From Raphidiopsis brookii D9 (GTDB lineage Bacteria; Cyanobacteriota; Cyanobacteriia; Cyanobacteriales; Nostocaceae), in NCBI GenBank assembly GCA_000175855.1, contig ACYB01000035.1, forward strand, positions 180,001-212,000: DNA of 32,000 nucleotides. Direction: 5' to 3'. This document shows, piece by piece, positions 17,140 through 27,004 of this stretch (position 1 is the stretch's first letter; each line of letters opens with the position of its first letter). The notes under the pieces are model-generated. The model made no database searches, had not been told where the DNA came from, and saw only the letters and a program-made list of their open reading frames with translations. Both the position numbers and the translations under genes were made by a program.

Positions 17140-19386
17140 TTATTTTTCCACAAATTCTTTTAGAGCTAATGGTTGTGGTTTGATATATGGAACATAAGTG
17201 CTTTCAGAGTCAGATACCCCATTAGCTACAACGCCAATAAGATTTAATTTGCTCAACATAGATGTGGCCTGGGCTAGATGATTATGGGTCACTTTACCAA
17301 TGCTGGCAACCATAACTACACTTCGACAGGAAGAACCTGTAATTATTGCATCCACCATACCCAAAACTGAGGGCGCATCTATGAGCACTAAATCATAATT
17401 TTCTTCAAACATGGTAATTATTTCTCTCATACGTGGAGAGCTTAAAAGATGTGCTGGGTCTGCAGGTATGGGACCAGCAGTTAAAATATCAATGTAAGCT
17501 GAACCTGAGTAGGAAATTCCTATTTGATCGGGTATGTTTGCATCATTAGCTAACAGAGTTGATAAACCCTGTTCATTCGGTAGATTTAACTGCTTATGTA
17601 AATTTGGGTCTCGTAAATTGGCATCAATTAAGAGTACTCTTTTATGTAGACGCGCCGCACTCATGGCCAAACCCAAAGTTAACGATGACTTACTGGTATC
17701 TGGTAATGCCGAAGTTACCATTAAGGATTTTAAATCGGACTTACTGTGGAGCAATTCAATATTTTTATAGATCAAATCTAGGGACTCCCACCCAGGAGAA
17801 GATTGTAAAACCTGAATTGTCCAGGGAGCTAAAACATCCGGTTTACCAAAAGGCAATTTAATAACGGATTCTTTACCTTTTGCTGATGGTAATTTTGGTG
17901 TTGTTCCCAATAAGGGTAATGCTAATTGTTTTTGCAATTGGGCAGTAGTATGCACCGCATCATCCGATGAATCACGGATAAAAGCAGCAACTCCACCTAA
18001 GATAAATCCCACAATTGCACCCAGTAATAAATTTTGTGAAAGATTGGGTCCTAATTTAATGCCCATTTTTGGTTCTTCCACTACTTGCCAATTAAATCCA
18101 CCTTTAGATAATTCTTGACGCAATTGCTGTTCTGCTCTTAGTAATTGCTCCATTCTTTCTCGACTAAATTTTAGTTGGGGAATGATCCGATTGTAATAAG
18201 CCAGTAAAGAAGGAAAACGTTTTAACTGCAATTGTAATTGACTTTCCTTTTGCGCCAAAGTTTGATCGCGAGCGCTCAATGCCACAATATTAGTTTGAGT
18301 TGCCACTAGTTCACTGGTTAAGTTTAGATCAATTTCTCCCAGTTGTCCTTGTTCTAGCAAATTTTCTCCCAAATTTAAGGAATTATTATTCTCACCTAGA
18401 GTTCTAGTTACCTCTTTTTCTAAAAGTCCTTTTTGATCTTGCAGTTGTTGATTTAGTTTTTGTACATTAGGAGTATCATCGGTAAAACGCAATCGCTCTT
18501 GAGCTAAAGCTAATTCCGTCTTCTGAATTTCATTGAGTAACCCTTGATAGCGTGTAGATTGACTCAAACGAGAAGAAAATAAAGCATTTTGTGGTGAGCG
18601 ATTCAGTTGTTGTTGCAAGGATTTTTGCTTAGCTATGGCTTCTTGATATAGAGAATGAGTAGTTTGTCTTTCTTTTCGAATACTATTTAATGTCTCTTCA
18701 ATTGCTTTTGCTTCTAACTCTGGATCAATCAAATTCTGATTGCGGCGAAATCTTTGCAAATTGGCCTCTGAAGCATTTACTTCATCAGTTGCCTTATTTA
18801 GCTGTTCTCTAATAATTTGTAGACCTTTTTGTAACCGATTATCCTGCTGATTTTTATTGTACTCCAGATAAATTTCTTGAATAGCAGTCAGAACCTTTTG
18901 GGTTTTATATGGATCTTCACTGATATAATCAATTTGAAAAATCTTCGTGGCGATGTTATCCTCTGGAGTCTTAATTTGAGTTACAAGTAGGGACTCTTTG
19001 AGTCGCTTTGTATTTATATCCGGATATTCAGACTTAAGTCTAATCACTGCTTTTTCTAAAAGTGCAGAACTCGTCATTAAATTTAACTGGGTTGCTGTAT
19101 CAATAACAATGTTAGATTCAGTGAAATCCGTTCCCAATTTATCTTCTTTTTCCCTTCCTTGATAGTTAGGTTCTATCAATAACTGGAGGGTACTTTGGAA
19201 AGTTGGTTGAGTTTTTGCAGTGATAATTCCAGCGACTGCTGTGGAACTTAAAAACACTAATAGAAACCAAGGAAATCTTCTAGTAAATACAGACAACATT
19301 TGGACATAGCTTGTCTCTGGATCTGCTGAAGTATTTAGAGGTGAGTTTAAACTAGTTTGAAGCACTGTAATTATCCTTCTGTACAA
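17140..19386 (-). CDS. Wzc-like polysaccharide co-polymerase / tyrosine autokinase-type protein
   Basis: Wzz domain near the N-terminus (TTAVAGIITAKTQPTFQSTLQLLIEP), coiled coil, and C-terminal CpsD-like ATPase (LMVTSALPDTSKSSLTLGLAMSAARLHKRVLLIDANLRDP; DLVLIDAPSVLGMVDA). Confidence 0.9.
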   Translation of the reverse strand: MYRRIITVLQTSLNSPLNTSADPETSYVQMLSVFTRRFPWFLLVFLSSTAVAGIITAKTQPTFQSTLQLLIEPNYQGREKEDKLGTDFTESNIVIDTATQLNLMTSSALLEKAVIRLKSEYPDINTKRLKESLLVTQIKTPEDNIATKIFQIDYISEDPYKTQKVLTAIQEIYLEYNKNQQDNRLQKGLQIIREQLNKATDEVNASEANLQRFRRNQNLIDPELEAKAIEETLNSIRKERQTTHSLYQEAIAKQKSLQQQLNRSPQNALFSSRLSQSTRYQGLLNEIQKTELALAQERLRFTDDTPNVQKLNQQLQDQKGLLEKEVTRTLGENNNSLNLGENLLEQGQLGEIDLNLTSELVATQTNIVALSARDQTLAQKESQLQLQLKRFPSLLAYYNRIIPQLKFSRERMEQLLRAEQQLRQELSKGGFNWQVVEEPKMGIKLGPNLSQNLLLGAIVGFILGGVAAFIRDSSDDAVHTTAQLQKQLALPLLGTTPKLPSAKGKESVIKLPFGKPDVLAPWTIQVLQSSPGWESLDLIYKNIELLHSKSDLKSLMVTSALPDTSKSSLTLGLAMSAARLHKRVLLIDANLRDPNLHKQLNLPNEQGLSTLLANDANIPDQIGISYSGSAYIDILTAGPIPADPAHLLSSPRMREIITMFEENYDLVLIDAPSVLGMVDAIITGSSCRSVVMVASIGKVTHNHLAQATSMLSKLNLIGVVANGVSDSESTYVPYIKPQPLALKEFVEK

Positions 19387-19456
19387 GAGAGTATATACTA
19401 AGAATTCGGATCATTGATGAAATAAAATTTTGTGGGTGCTATACCCGTTCATTCCA

Positions 19457-20548
19457 TCAGTGATGTATATTGGAGTTTTTCATGACTATCCCCTCTATCT
19501 TTTGAAAAAATACTGATTCTGAAAAGTTGTTAACAGCGTGATTGCGAATGCTTTGATAATTCCAAGATATCTCCTTGGCCCGAAATAATCCTGTCTGTAG
19601 GGAGTCAGCTGATTGTCTGTTAAAAAACACTCCAGTTTTTCCGGGTATTTGAGTGTCTAAAACACCCCCTGCACCATAAGCAATCACTGGAGTTCCACTT
19701 GCATTCGCTTCTACCGGTACTAATCCATAATCTTCCAATGCGGCAACAATAATGGACTTAGCTCTGGAAAATAGGTCCTTACGCTTACCGTCGCTCACAT
19801 GACCTAAAAATTGAATATTATCTAGTGCTTTGGATTTTAACCTTTGTAGTTCTGGTCCGTCACCGGATATTAATAAAGGCCAACCTAACCAGTTAAAAGC
19901 CTCGACTATGATATCAAAACGTTTATAACTTATCATCCTAGCAGATGCCAAGTAGTAGTCATCTTTTATTTCAGAAAAAACGAAATTATTGGTATCAATT
20001 GGATAATTGACTACTATTGCTTCCTTGGCATATATTTGTTGTATACGTTTGGCAACAACGCTAGAATTGGCAATGTATAAATCTGGTTCCTGGGAGTATT
20101 TCAGATCCACATTTCTCATTAGAGCAAATATTTTTTCAATTACCGGAGCAAAGTAACGATAATCTCCATACTCCCGTAAATAGGTTTGTGTATCCCATAA
20201 AAATCTAGTCACATTATGACAGAAGCAAACATGTCGAGCTTCCTTTTTTTTACGAACCGCCTTGGCAAAGCTCGTACTGCTACTAATAATTAAATCATAG
20301 TCTTGTAAATCTAGGGAACGGAAAGCTGGAAAGTATAAAGGGGCTATAAGTCGAAAATATTTCTTAGCCCCAGGCATGCTTTGTAAAAAAGTAGTTTTAA
20401 CTATCCGATCGCCCAAGTCAATTGTTTTTTGGGCATCATAGACAGATGTAAAAATATCTGCTTCCGGGTAGTATTTACAAAGCAATTCAAATACTCGCTC
20501 TGCTCCACCGCGCTGGGTTAAATAGTCATGGACTAGAGCAATTTTCAT
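19457..20548 (-). CDS. Glycosyltransferase family 4 protein (WbaZ-like)
   Basis: MKIALVHDYLTQRGGAERVFELLC, CFCHNVTRFLWD, ASARMISYKRFDIIVEAF, LEDYGLVPVEANASGTPVIAYGAGGVLDT. Confidence 0.93.
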   Translation of the reverse strand: MKIALVHDYLTQRGGAERVFELLCKYYPEADIFTSVYDAQKTIDLGDRIVKTTFLQSMPGAKKYFRLIAPLYFPAFRSLDLQDYDLIISSSTSFAKAVRKKKEARHVCFCHNVTRFLWDTQTYLREYGDYRYFAPVIEKIFALMRNVDLKYSQEPDLYIANSSVVAKRIQQIYAKEAIVVNYPIDTNNFVFSEIKDDYYLASARMISYKRFDIIVEAFNWLGWPLLISGDGPELQRLKSKALDNIQFLGHVSDGKRKDLFSRAKSIIVAALEDYGLVPVEANASGTPVIAYGAGGVLDTQIPGKTGVFFNRQSADSLQTGLFRAKEISWNYQSIRNHAVNNFSESVFFQKIEGIVMKNSNIHH

Positions 20549-20610
20549 TGTTTAAATAGGAGGGAGTGGGGAATAGGGAGTATAGGGTCTCCCTATGACT
20601 ACTGGAAACT

Positions 20611-21993
20611 CTACCTAGCGATCGCTAAAGTTTTAACAGGCGAAAAATAGGCTGTTTGTTCAGCACGCAATTTATCACAAAGTCTACCTGCAGGCAATTC
20701 CACATCGTTATAAGTGAGGACTTGATCTCGAGGAATATCTCGTATTAAACGACATCCTTGTGCTAGTCCCATGGGTAGTAAATTTTCCTGTTGCACAATG
20801 GAGGAATTCTCACATTGTCCATAGGTCATATAATAGCCAATACCATCAATTATTTCCCCTGCTTTTAAATCAATCTTAGCTGTGGCCACCACATCAACTA
20901 TAGGACCTGCTATGGGGGCTAAAACTGCATCATGTAATAATACTGCACGAGCTACAGAAATAGGAACTTCAAAATGACATAAGTGATAGGGTGTATAGAA
21001 ACTATAAAGAGGTCCCTCACCCAATTTATAGAGGTTCAAATAATGGCGTTGTTTGGGATCTTCATGAGTAGCAAAAACAAACACTCCTGGACTGGGTTTT
21101 GCACCTACCACATAGTCCACAATTCCACCCAGTTCCCTCAGCTGATCTAGATCATACATTTTAGTCATTTCATCTACATGACCTGTATATTCATATCCCA
21201 ACATACCCCGCTTTGCCACCTTCATTCCCGTACCATTGGCTACAATTGCTTGCTCAAAGGAAATTTTTGTACCGTCAGCAAAACTGGTCACCATGGCTGG
21301 ATTTTGTCCCCAACGTTGAGCAAAACCAGCTTGAGTGGTTGGATTGCGGTAGGGATCTTGTAATCCTTTAATATTTCCACATAATAGGGGAGTTAACCCA
21401 ATGCTTTTAACAAAGCGATATAAATTCATTTCTACCCCTGGTTGATCGCCATCGCAAGCTGTGAAAACTACTCCAGCTCTATCAGCATGAATTTTTAAAA
21501 TCGGTCCCACTGTCCCATCTAGTTCCGCATTCATTAATATTACATGCTTTTGATGAGCGATCGCTCTGGTTACCAAATGAGCTGCATATTCTATGGTTCC
21601 AGTGACTTCAATAATTGCATCTATACCGTCTGCTTCACATAGCAACATGGCATCTTCTGTGATTGCATATCCATTTTGGGAGATGGAATCTTCCAAATCT
21701 CTTAAATTATCCACAGTTTGGAAATTTTCAATTCCTGCTTCCAAATATGCTCGTTCTGCTGTTTGAATATGACGATTAGCAATAGCTACTAATTCCATTC
21801 CTGGAACAGAATTAATAATTTGATTAGCTATACCTCTCCCCATAAAACCAGCACCAATCATAGCAACTTTTACTGGTTTACCTAATTCAGCACGTGCTTG
21901 TAATGCTTGATCAACTATTATCATTTTCAACTCCCGGGAAACTCCGAATAATTCTCTATACAAACTCTCAAAAAAGGTATGGGTACTAGACAC
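20611..21993 (-). CDS. SAF-domain NAD(P)-dependent oxidoreductase (homoserine-dehydrogenase-like N-terminus)
   Basis: Rossmann motif KVAMIGAGFMGRGIANQI, IIEVTGTIEYAAHLVTRAIAHQKHVILMNAELD; C-terminal SAF-like region (LPMGLAQGCRLIRDIPRDQVLTYNDVEL). Confidence 0.85.
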   Translation of the reverse strand: MSSTHTFFESLYRELFGVSRELKMIIVDQALQARAELGKPVKVAMIGAGFMGRGIANQIINSVPGMELVAIANRHIQTAERAYLEAGIENFQTVDNLRDLEDSISQNGYAITEDAMLLCEADGIDAIIEVTGTIEYAAHLVTRAIAHQKHVILMNAELDGTVGPILKIHADRAGVVFTACDGDQPGVEMNLYRFVKSIGLTPLLCGNIKGLQDPYRNPTTQAGFAQRWGQNPAMVTSFADGTKISFEQAIVANGTGMKVAKRGMLGYEYTGHVDEMTKMYDLDQLRELGGIVDYVVGAKPSPGVFVFATHEDPKQRHYLNLYKLGEGPLYSFYTPYHLCHFEVPISVARAVLLHDAVLAPIAGPIVDVVATAKIDLKAGEIIDGIGYYMTYGQCENSSIVQQENLLPMGLAQGCRLIRDIPRDQVLTYNDVELPAGRLCDKLRAEQTAYFSPVKTLAIAR

Positions 21994-22600
21994 CTATTAA
22001 CACAGATTTCAATAGGGGCCAACTACGATCTTTTTGAGAAATTTCAGTCACATTCAAAGGCCAAACAATGTCTAAAATGGGATCATCATAACGCAGTCCT
22101 CGTTCATAACCAGGGGTGTAAAATTCACCAACTTGGTAAACCACTTCCGCTCCATCAGTTAGAGCTTGATAGCCATGGGCAAACATTTCCGGTACATATA
22201 AAGCACAACGATTTGTTGCTGTTAGTTCGACACCAATATATGATAGGTAGGTAGGAGATTCGGGACGCATATCCACAATCACATCATAAATTGCACCTTG
22301 AGTACAGCGAATTAATTTGGTTTCTGTTGCTGGTGTAATTTGATAATGCATTCCCCGTAAGGTGCCTTTTTGATGATTAAAAGATAAATTACATTGGGCA
22401 ACTGTTGGCTTTAAACCATGTTCAGCAAATTCCTGGGCGCAGAAAGTTCTGGCAAAAAAACCGCGATGGTCTGGTTTTTCTTCCAATTCGATAATGAAAG
22501 CGCCAGCTAGACCTGTTTGGGTAAAAATCATATTTTTGAAAACTCTCGGTGAATTTGGATAAGGGAAAACGAAAACTTGATGGGGATGCTCTAACCACAC
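21986..22600 (-). CDS. rfbC: dTDP-4-dehydrorhamnose 3,5-epimerase-like protein (RfbC/RmlC family)
   Basis: KGTLRGMHYQ, LIRCTQGAIYDVIVDMRPESPTY, VPEMFAHGYQAL, ERGLRYDDPILDIVWP. Actual NDP-sugar substrate uncertain. Confidence 0.87.
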   Translation of the reverse strand: MWLEHPHQVFVFPYPNSPRVFKNMIFTQTGLAGAFIIELEEKPDHRGFFARTFCAQEFAEHGLKPTVAQCNLSFNHQKGTLRGMHYQITPATETKLIRCTQGAIYDVIVDMRPESPTYLSYIGVELTATNRCALYVPEMFAHGYQALTDGAEVVYQVGEFYTPGYERGLRYDDPILDIVWPLNVTEISQKDRSWPLLKSVLIGV

Positions 22601-22613
22601 ACCCTAGAAAAAT

Positions 22614-23471
22614 TTACCGGGCTTTATTTGCAATTTCAGTCTTAAATTGCCCATGGGGTTTGGTGAAGGTATGATCATGGTATTGAGTGCAAAGTTCCGG
22701 GCGTTTAGGAGTGTGAGAAGTGTAAACAAAAAATGCTGTAGAACGCTCTTGACTTCTAACTGTTCCGTGATGTAAAACATTTCTAGGATCAACAAAAATT
22801 ACCGTTCCGGCTTTTCCTGGACAAGATTTCCAGAATTTTTTAGGAATAACATTCATCATTTCTTGGTCATCAATTCCTAAAAAACCCGACTTCCACAATC
22901 TATAATCGACCCGATAATAATTACACCATTCTCCAATATTACTGGGTAAAGGTATATATTCAAAAGGTCCATGTTCTTCCCCCACATCGTGTAAATAGAC
23001 AATGATTTTAATCATCCGTCGATCTTCCGAATCCTTGTGCCACAGTAGAGTTTGTAGTTGCTGCTCATTGGGAAAATCCTTCCGCACGTGAACACCATGA
23101 AAAGCTATAGGTAACTCTATATAACTTTCAATGATATTTCTTAACCTAGATTCAATTCCCCAGGTAAAAAATTCTGGTAGATCTGTAACCGTGTAAATTT
23201 GGGGTAAGCTATATCCCGACTCCACATTTCTGGGAGCTGATATCATCCCTGCATAACCTGTAGCACTTACCCACATTTGTGTGGTTGATGGCATTCCTAA
23301 ATCTGTGAGGGAAGTAATATAAACACCTTGCTGCTTTAGGGTTTCAGCAATTAATTTATCTTTTGGGGATAATACAGGTAAATGCTTTTTATATTTAGCC
23401 ACAGATACCCGATAATTAATATCCTCAGTAAAGGCGTTGAGTTGATCTTGCCAAGTATTAATCATCATCAT
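22614..23471 (-). CDS. Putative 2OG-Fe(II)/phytanoyl-CoA dioxygenase-like protein
   Basis: Putative metal-ligand pattern LLWHKDSEDRRM (HxD) ... RNVLHHGTVRSQERSTAFFVY (distal H, then R). Confidence 0.6.
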   Translation of the reverse strand: MMMINTWQDQLNAFTEDINYRVSVAKYKKHLPVLSPKDKLIAETLKQQGVYITSLTDLGMPSTTQMWVSATGYAGMISAPRNVESGYSLPQIYTVTDLPEFFTWGIESRLRNIIESYIELPIAFHGVHVRKDFPNEQQLQTLLWHKDSEDRRMIKIIVYLHDVGEEHGPFEYIPLPSNIGEWCNYYRVDYRLWKSGFLGIDDQEMMNVIPKKFWKSCPGKAGTVIFVDPRNVLHHGTVRSQERSTAFFVYTSHTPKRPELCTQYHDHTFTKPHGQFKTEIANKAR

Positions 23472-23501
23472 TTAAACTAATAATTCAACCCAGTAATTAA
23501 C

Positions 23502-24590
23502 TCACGAATCTTTATTGCGACGAAGAGCAGAAGTTGATATTTGCTGATTACAATCAGCAATTTTCAGTTCAGGAGCAGCCATAACTTCCACTGCAGAAAC
23601 AGTAACCACAGCAAAGAAGGGAAGTATGGTTTGAATAGCAGAAATTGGCCATCTTCTTAAAGCACCGAGGAAAACTTTTAAATTAACTCCTCGCCAGTTT
23701 TGAATCATCATTCTGGCATAAAACTGTTTAGAATATCCATTTTCATGGAGCTTAGAAATCACCTCTGGTATGTGTTTATATTGCATTAATAATGCGGATT
23801 TAGGTTCTTTTTGCCAATAACTGACACCCACAATACATTCTAAAAAGTTCTCTTTGGTGACAATTACCTTTCCATGAGCTGCACAATAACCCGCAAAATA
23901 GGCTAAAGAAATCCAGTTATTAATGGCATCTGGCCAAATTTTTAGAGCCTGTTTAACCAGATCAGATCTATAAATTGAAGCTGTCAGAAATATTACTGCT
24001 CCCACACTTTTAGCAAGACAATGTTCAAAGATTGCCTTACCATTTCTTGCACCGTCTTCCACATCAATATCAAACCAACGATTGCCAGCGATAGTAGGTG
24101 GATGAACTGCTTGACCAGTAATTTTATTTCTTCCTGAAAAATTCAGAAACATTAAAGATAAGTCCTGGTGTTTTTGCAATTTATCTATCACGTAAGCAAC
24201 AGTTCTATCTTGAATGGGATCATCATCACCAATTGTCCATACATATTTAGTAGTGGCAGAATTTAGACAGTAAATTATATTCCTCATCACGCCCAAATTG
24301 CTACTTTTTCTGTGTGATTTGAAAGTTACAGAACTGAGAATATTCTGCCAGTGTTTGATAACTTGTGGTGTATTGTCACTGGAACAATTGTCAGATACTA
24401 AGATTTCACAATCTTGTTCATAACCTTTAATAGCATGAGATAACCACTCCAATTGTTGATCCAGCAAATCTGCTCGATTATAGGTGGGAATGGCAATAGT
24501 CAGTAATTTACTCATGTAAAATAATTTCCCAAGTATCTTAATTAAACCAGAATTATTAGATCCCAGCAGTGATTTTGATGAGGATTTCAA
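23502..24590 (-). CDS. Glycosyltransferase family 2 protein; true start is probably the ATG at 24515 (MSKLLTIAIPTYNRADLL)
   Basis: LTIAIPTYNRADLLDQQLEWL, EILVSDNCSSDNTPQV, YVWTIGDDDPIQDRTV. Confidence 0.9.
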   Translation of the reverse strand: MKSSSKSLLGSNNSGLIKILGKLFYMSKLLTIAIPTYNRADLLDQQLEWLSHAIKGYEQDCEILVSDNCSSDNTPQVIKHWQNILSSVTFKSHRKSSNLGVMRNIIYCLNSATTKYVWTIGDDDPIQDRTVAYVIDKLQKHQDLSLMFLNFSGRNKITGQAVHPPTIAGNRWFDIDVEDGARNGKAIFEHCLAKSVGAVIFLTASIYRSDLVKQALKIWPDAINNWISLAYFAGYCAAHGKVIVTKENFLECIVGVSYWQKEPKSALLMQYKHIPEVISKLHENGYSKQFYARMMIQNWRGVNLKVFLGALRRWPISAIQTILPFFAVVTVSAVEVMAAPELKIADCNQQISTSALRRNKDS

Positions 24591-24652
24591 TAAGGTTACT
24601 GCTTGGGACTTTTTGGAAGATTAAAAAATTAATTCAAAAAACTAATTCTTAT

Positions 24653-25675
24653 CTATTCCAAAAAAAAGTTCTGATCGAGTTGTTGAGTACGAATCAAATA
24701 CTCCAGCTGCTTTAATCTGGTAAATCCTCTAAAAAGGAATGTATCCTCAGTCATGTCAACTTGCTGGAATAAATTCAATAACTGTTGGGTACCACGCTCC
24801 ACATTCCAGTCACACTTGAATCCCGGTAATATTGTGTTGATCTTCTCGAAGCATACTCGATAACTACGATTATCTGCAGCATTATTACCAAAAGTTAATT
24901 TACAGTCTGGGAAGATTTCCGCGATAATTTCTGCGATTTCTCGCACGCGGTAATTATTTTGTGTGTCTCCTACATTAAAAACTTGATTATGAACAATATC
25001 TCTAGGTGCTTCTAAGACACAGACAATGGCTTTACAAATATCCAAAGCATGAACCAAAGGTCGCCAAGGTTTACCATCACTAGTCATTTTAATTTCTTTG
25101 GTAGTCCAAGCTAGACCTGCTAAATTATTCAAAACAATATCAAATCTCATGCGAGGAGAAGCTCCAAATGCTGTTGCATTACGCATGAAGGTAGGAGAAA
25201 AATCATCATCAGCTAATAACTTAATATCCCTTTCCACCAAGGTTTTGCACTCAGCATAAGCTGTTTGAGGATTCACTGGTGATTCTTCTGTTACATCCCC
25301 ATCAGTAGCAATTCCATAAACACTGCAAGAAGACATATAAACAAACCGACGCACTCCCATGGTTTTAGCCAAATTGGCCAATCGCACGGAACCTAAATGA
25401 TTAATATCATAGGTAATATGGGGTGCCAATTGCCCTGTGGGGTCATTAGAAAGTTCTGCTTTGTGAACTATGGCATCGACTCCTGCTAAGTCTTCTAGAG
25501 TAATATTACGAATATCTTTATTGAGGGTTTTGACTGTTACTTCTGTACCGTTATATAGCCAACCAACTTTATAAAAACCCGTGTCCACTCCAATTACTTT
25601 ATGACCTTTAGCAATTAATAGGGGAGGAAGTAAAGAACCTAAATATCCTTCTGTACCAGTAACTAAGATTTTCAT
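24653..25675 (-). CDS. NAD-dependent epimerase/dehydratase (extended SDR)
   Basis: ILVTGTEGYLGSLLPPLL (GxxGxxG), MSSCSVYG, YAECK (YxxxK), RNATAFGASPRMRFD. Confidence 0.92.
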   Translation of the reverse strand: MKILVTGTEGYLGSLLPPLLIAKGHKVIGVDTGFYKVGWLYNGTEVTVKTLNKDIRNITLEDLAGVDAIVHKAELSNDPTGQLAPHITYDINHLGSVRLANLAKTMGVRRFVYMSSCSVYGIATDGDVTEESPVNPQTAYAECKTLVERDIKLLADDDFSPTFMRNATAFGASPRMRFDIVLNNLAGLAWTTKEIKMTSDGKPWRPLVHALDICKAIVCVLEAPRDIVHNQVFNVGDTQNNYRVREIAEIIAEIFPDCKLTFGNNAADNRSYRVCFEKINTILPGFKCDWNVERGTQQLLNLFQQVDMTEDTFLFRGFTRLKQLEYLIRTQQLDQNFFLE

Positions 25676-25767
25676 AATTTCAATGTTTTTTGCGTGTTTT
25701 TTGCCAGCCAGTTCAATCCAGAGGTGTTTTTAAAAGCTCCTCCTTTGTACCTTAATCAGTTGATTGA

Positions 25768-26976
25768 TTAGCCAATTACAGTAGTTAGAGTCAATTCTGA
25801 TAGTTGATTCACTATTGTTTTACCAATCTCTAAGGAAGATGTAGCTGCAGGTGATGGTGCATTGCAAACATGAATAGAGTTGTCACCAGAAATGATCAAA
25901 AAATCATCTACTAGAGATCCATTATTCATTAATGCTTGAGCTCTAACTCCTGCATGGGTGGGTACTAAATCTTTTCCTTGTACTTCTGGAATTAGCTTCT
26001 GCAAACTTCTGACAAAAGCTGCTTTACTCCAGGACCGGATCATTTCTTGAATTCCTTCATCAGCATGTTTAGCTGCTAGTTTCCAAAAACCAGGATAGGT
26101 TATTACCTCCGTCAGATCTCTAAGATCAAAATCGGTTTTTTTGTAACCTTCTCTTTTAAAGCTCAAAACCGCATTTGGACCCGCATGGACTGTCCCGTCA
26201 ATCATCCGTGTAAAATGTACCCCTAAAAACGGGAAATCTGGGTTAGGAACTGGATAAATTAAACTTTTGACCAAATAGCGTTTTGTGGGGGTTAGTTCAT
26301 AATATTCTCCCCGAAAGGGAATGATTTTAGCATTAGGATTAGCCCCGCTTAATTTTGCCAAGCGATCACTATGTAATCCAGCACAATTGATGACAAATTT
26401 AGTTTCAAAACTACCCTGATTAGTTTCCAGCACTTGGTTTTTACCACTGCGCTGTATTTTTAAAACTTGGGTATTAAGGCGTAAATCTCCCCCTTGTTTT
26501 TTAATGATTTCAGCATATTTTAGGGAAACTTGTTTGTAGTTAACAATTCCAGTAGAGAGTACTCGAATTGCAGCAACACAACTTAGATGAGGTTCAATTT
26601 CCCTTGCTTCTTCCTGACTAATTTTTTTGACTGGAATACCATTTTCTAGACCTCTTTGATAGAGATTTTCCAATCTGGAAATTTCGGATAAATCTGTGGC
26701 TACAATAACTTTACCACAAATATCATGTTCTATATTATGTTCTTGGCAAAATTCTACCATTGAGCGACTGCCATCTCGGCAAAATTTTGCTTTAAAACTA
26801 CCAGGTTTATAGTAAATACCAGAATGAATAACACCACTGTTGTTGCCAGTTTGATGAAATGCCCATTCTGCTTCTTTTTCTAGGACTAAAATCCGGTTAT
26901 TAATATGGTGTTTACCCAAGGTCATAGCCGTGGCAAGTCCCACTATTCCACCGCCAATAATGGCAAAGTCATACAT
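25768..26976 (-). CDS. lhgO: FAD-dependent L-2-hydroxyglutarate oxidase-like protein
   Basis: YDFAIIGGGIVGLATAMTLG, WAFHQTGNNSGVIHSGIYYKPGSFKAKFCRDG, PFRGEYYELTPTK, FLGVHFTRMIDGTVHAGPNAVLSFKREGY. Confidence 0.88.
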   Translation of the reverse strand: MYDFAIIGGGIVGLATAMTLGKHHINNRILVLEKEAEWAFHQTGNNSGVIHSGIYYKPGSFKAKFCRDGSRSMVEFCQEHNIEHDICGKVIVATDLSEISRLENLYQRGLENGIPVKKISQEEAREIEPHLSCVAAIRVLSTGIVNYKQVSLKYAEIIKKQGGDLRLNTQVLKIQRSGKNQVLETNQGSFETKFVINCAGLHSDRLAKLSGANPNAKIIPFRGEYYELTPTKRYLVKSLIYPVPNPDFPFLGVHFTRMIDGTVHAGPNAVLSFKREGYKKTDFDLRDLTEVITYPGFWKLAAKHADEGIQEMIRSWSKAAFVRSLQKLIPEVQGKDLVPTHAGVRAQALMNNGSLVDDFLIISGDNSIHVCNAPSPAATSSLEIGKTIVNQLSELTLTTVIG

Positions 26977-27004
26977 GATTATTTTTCCCTAAAATCATCA
27001 GCTA

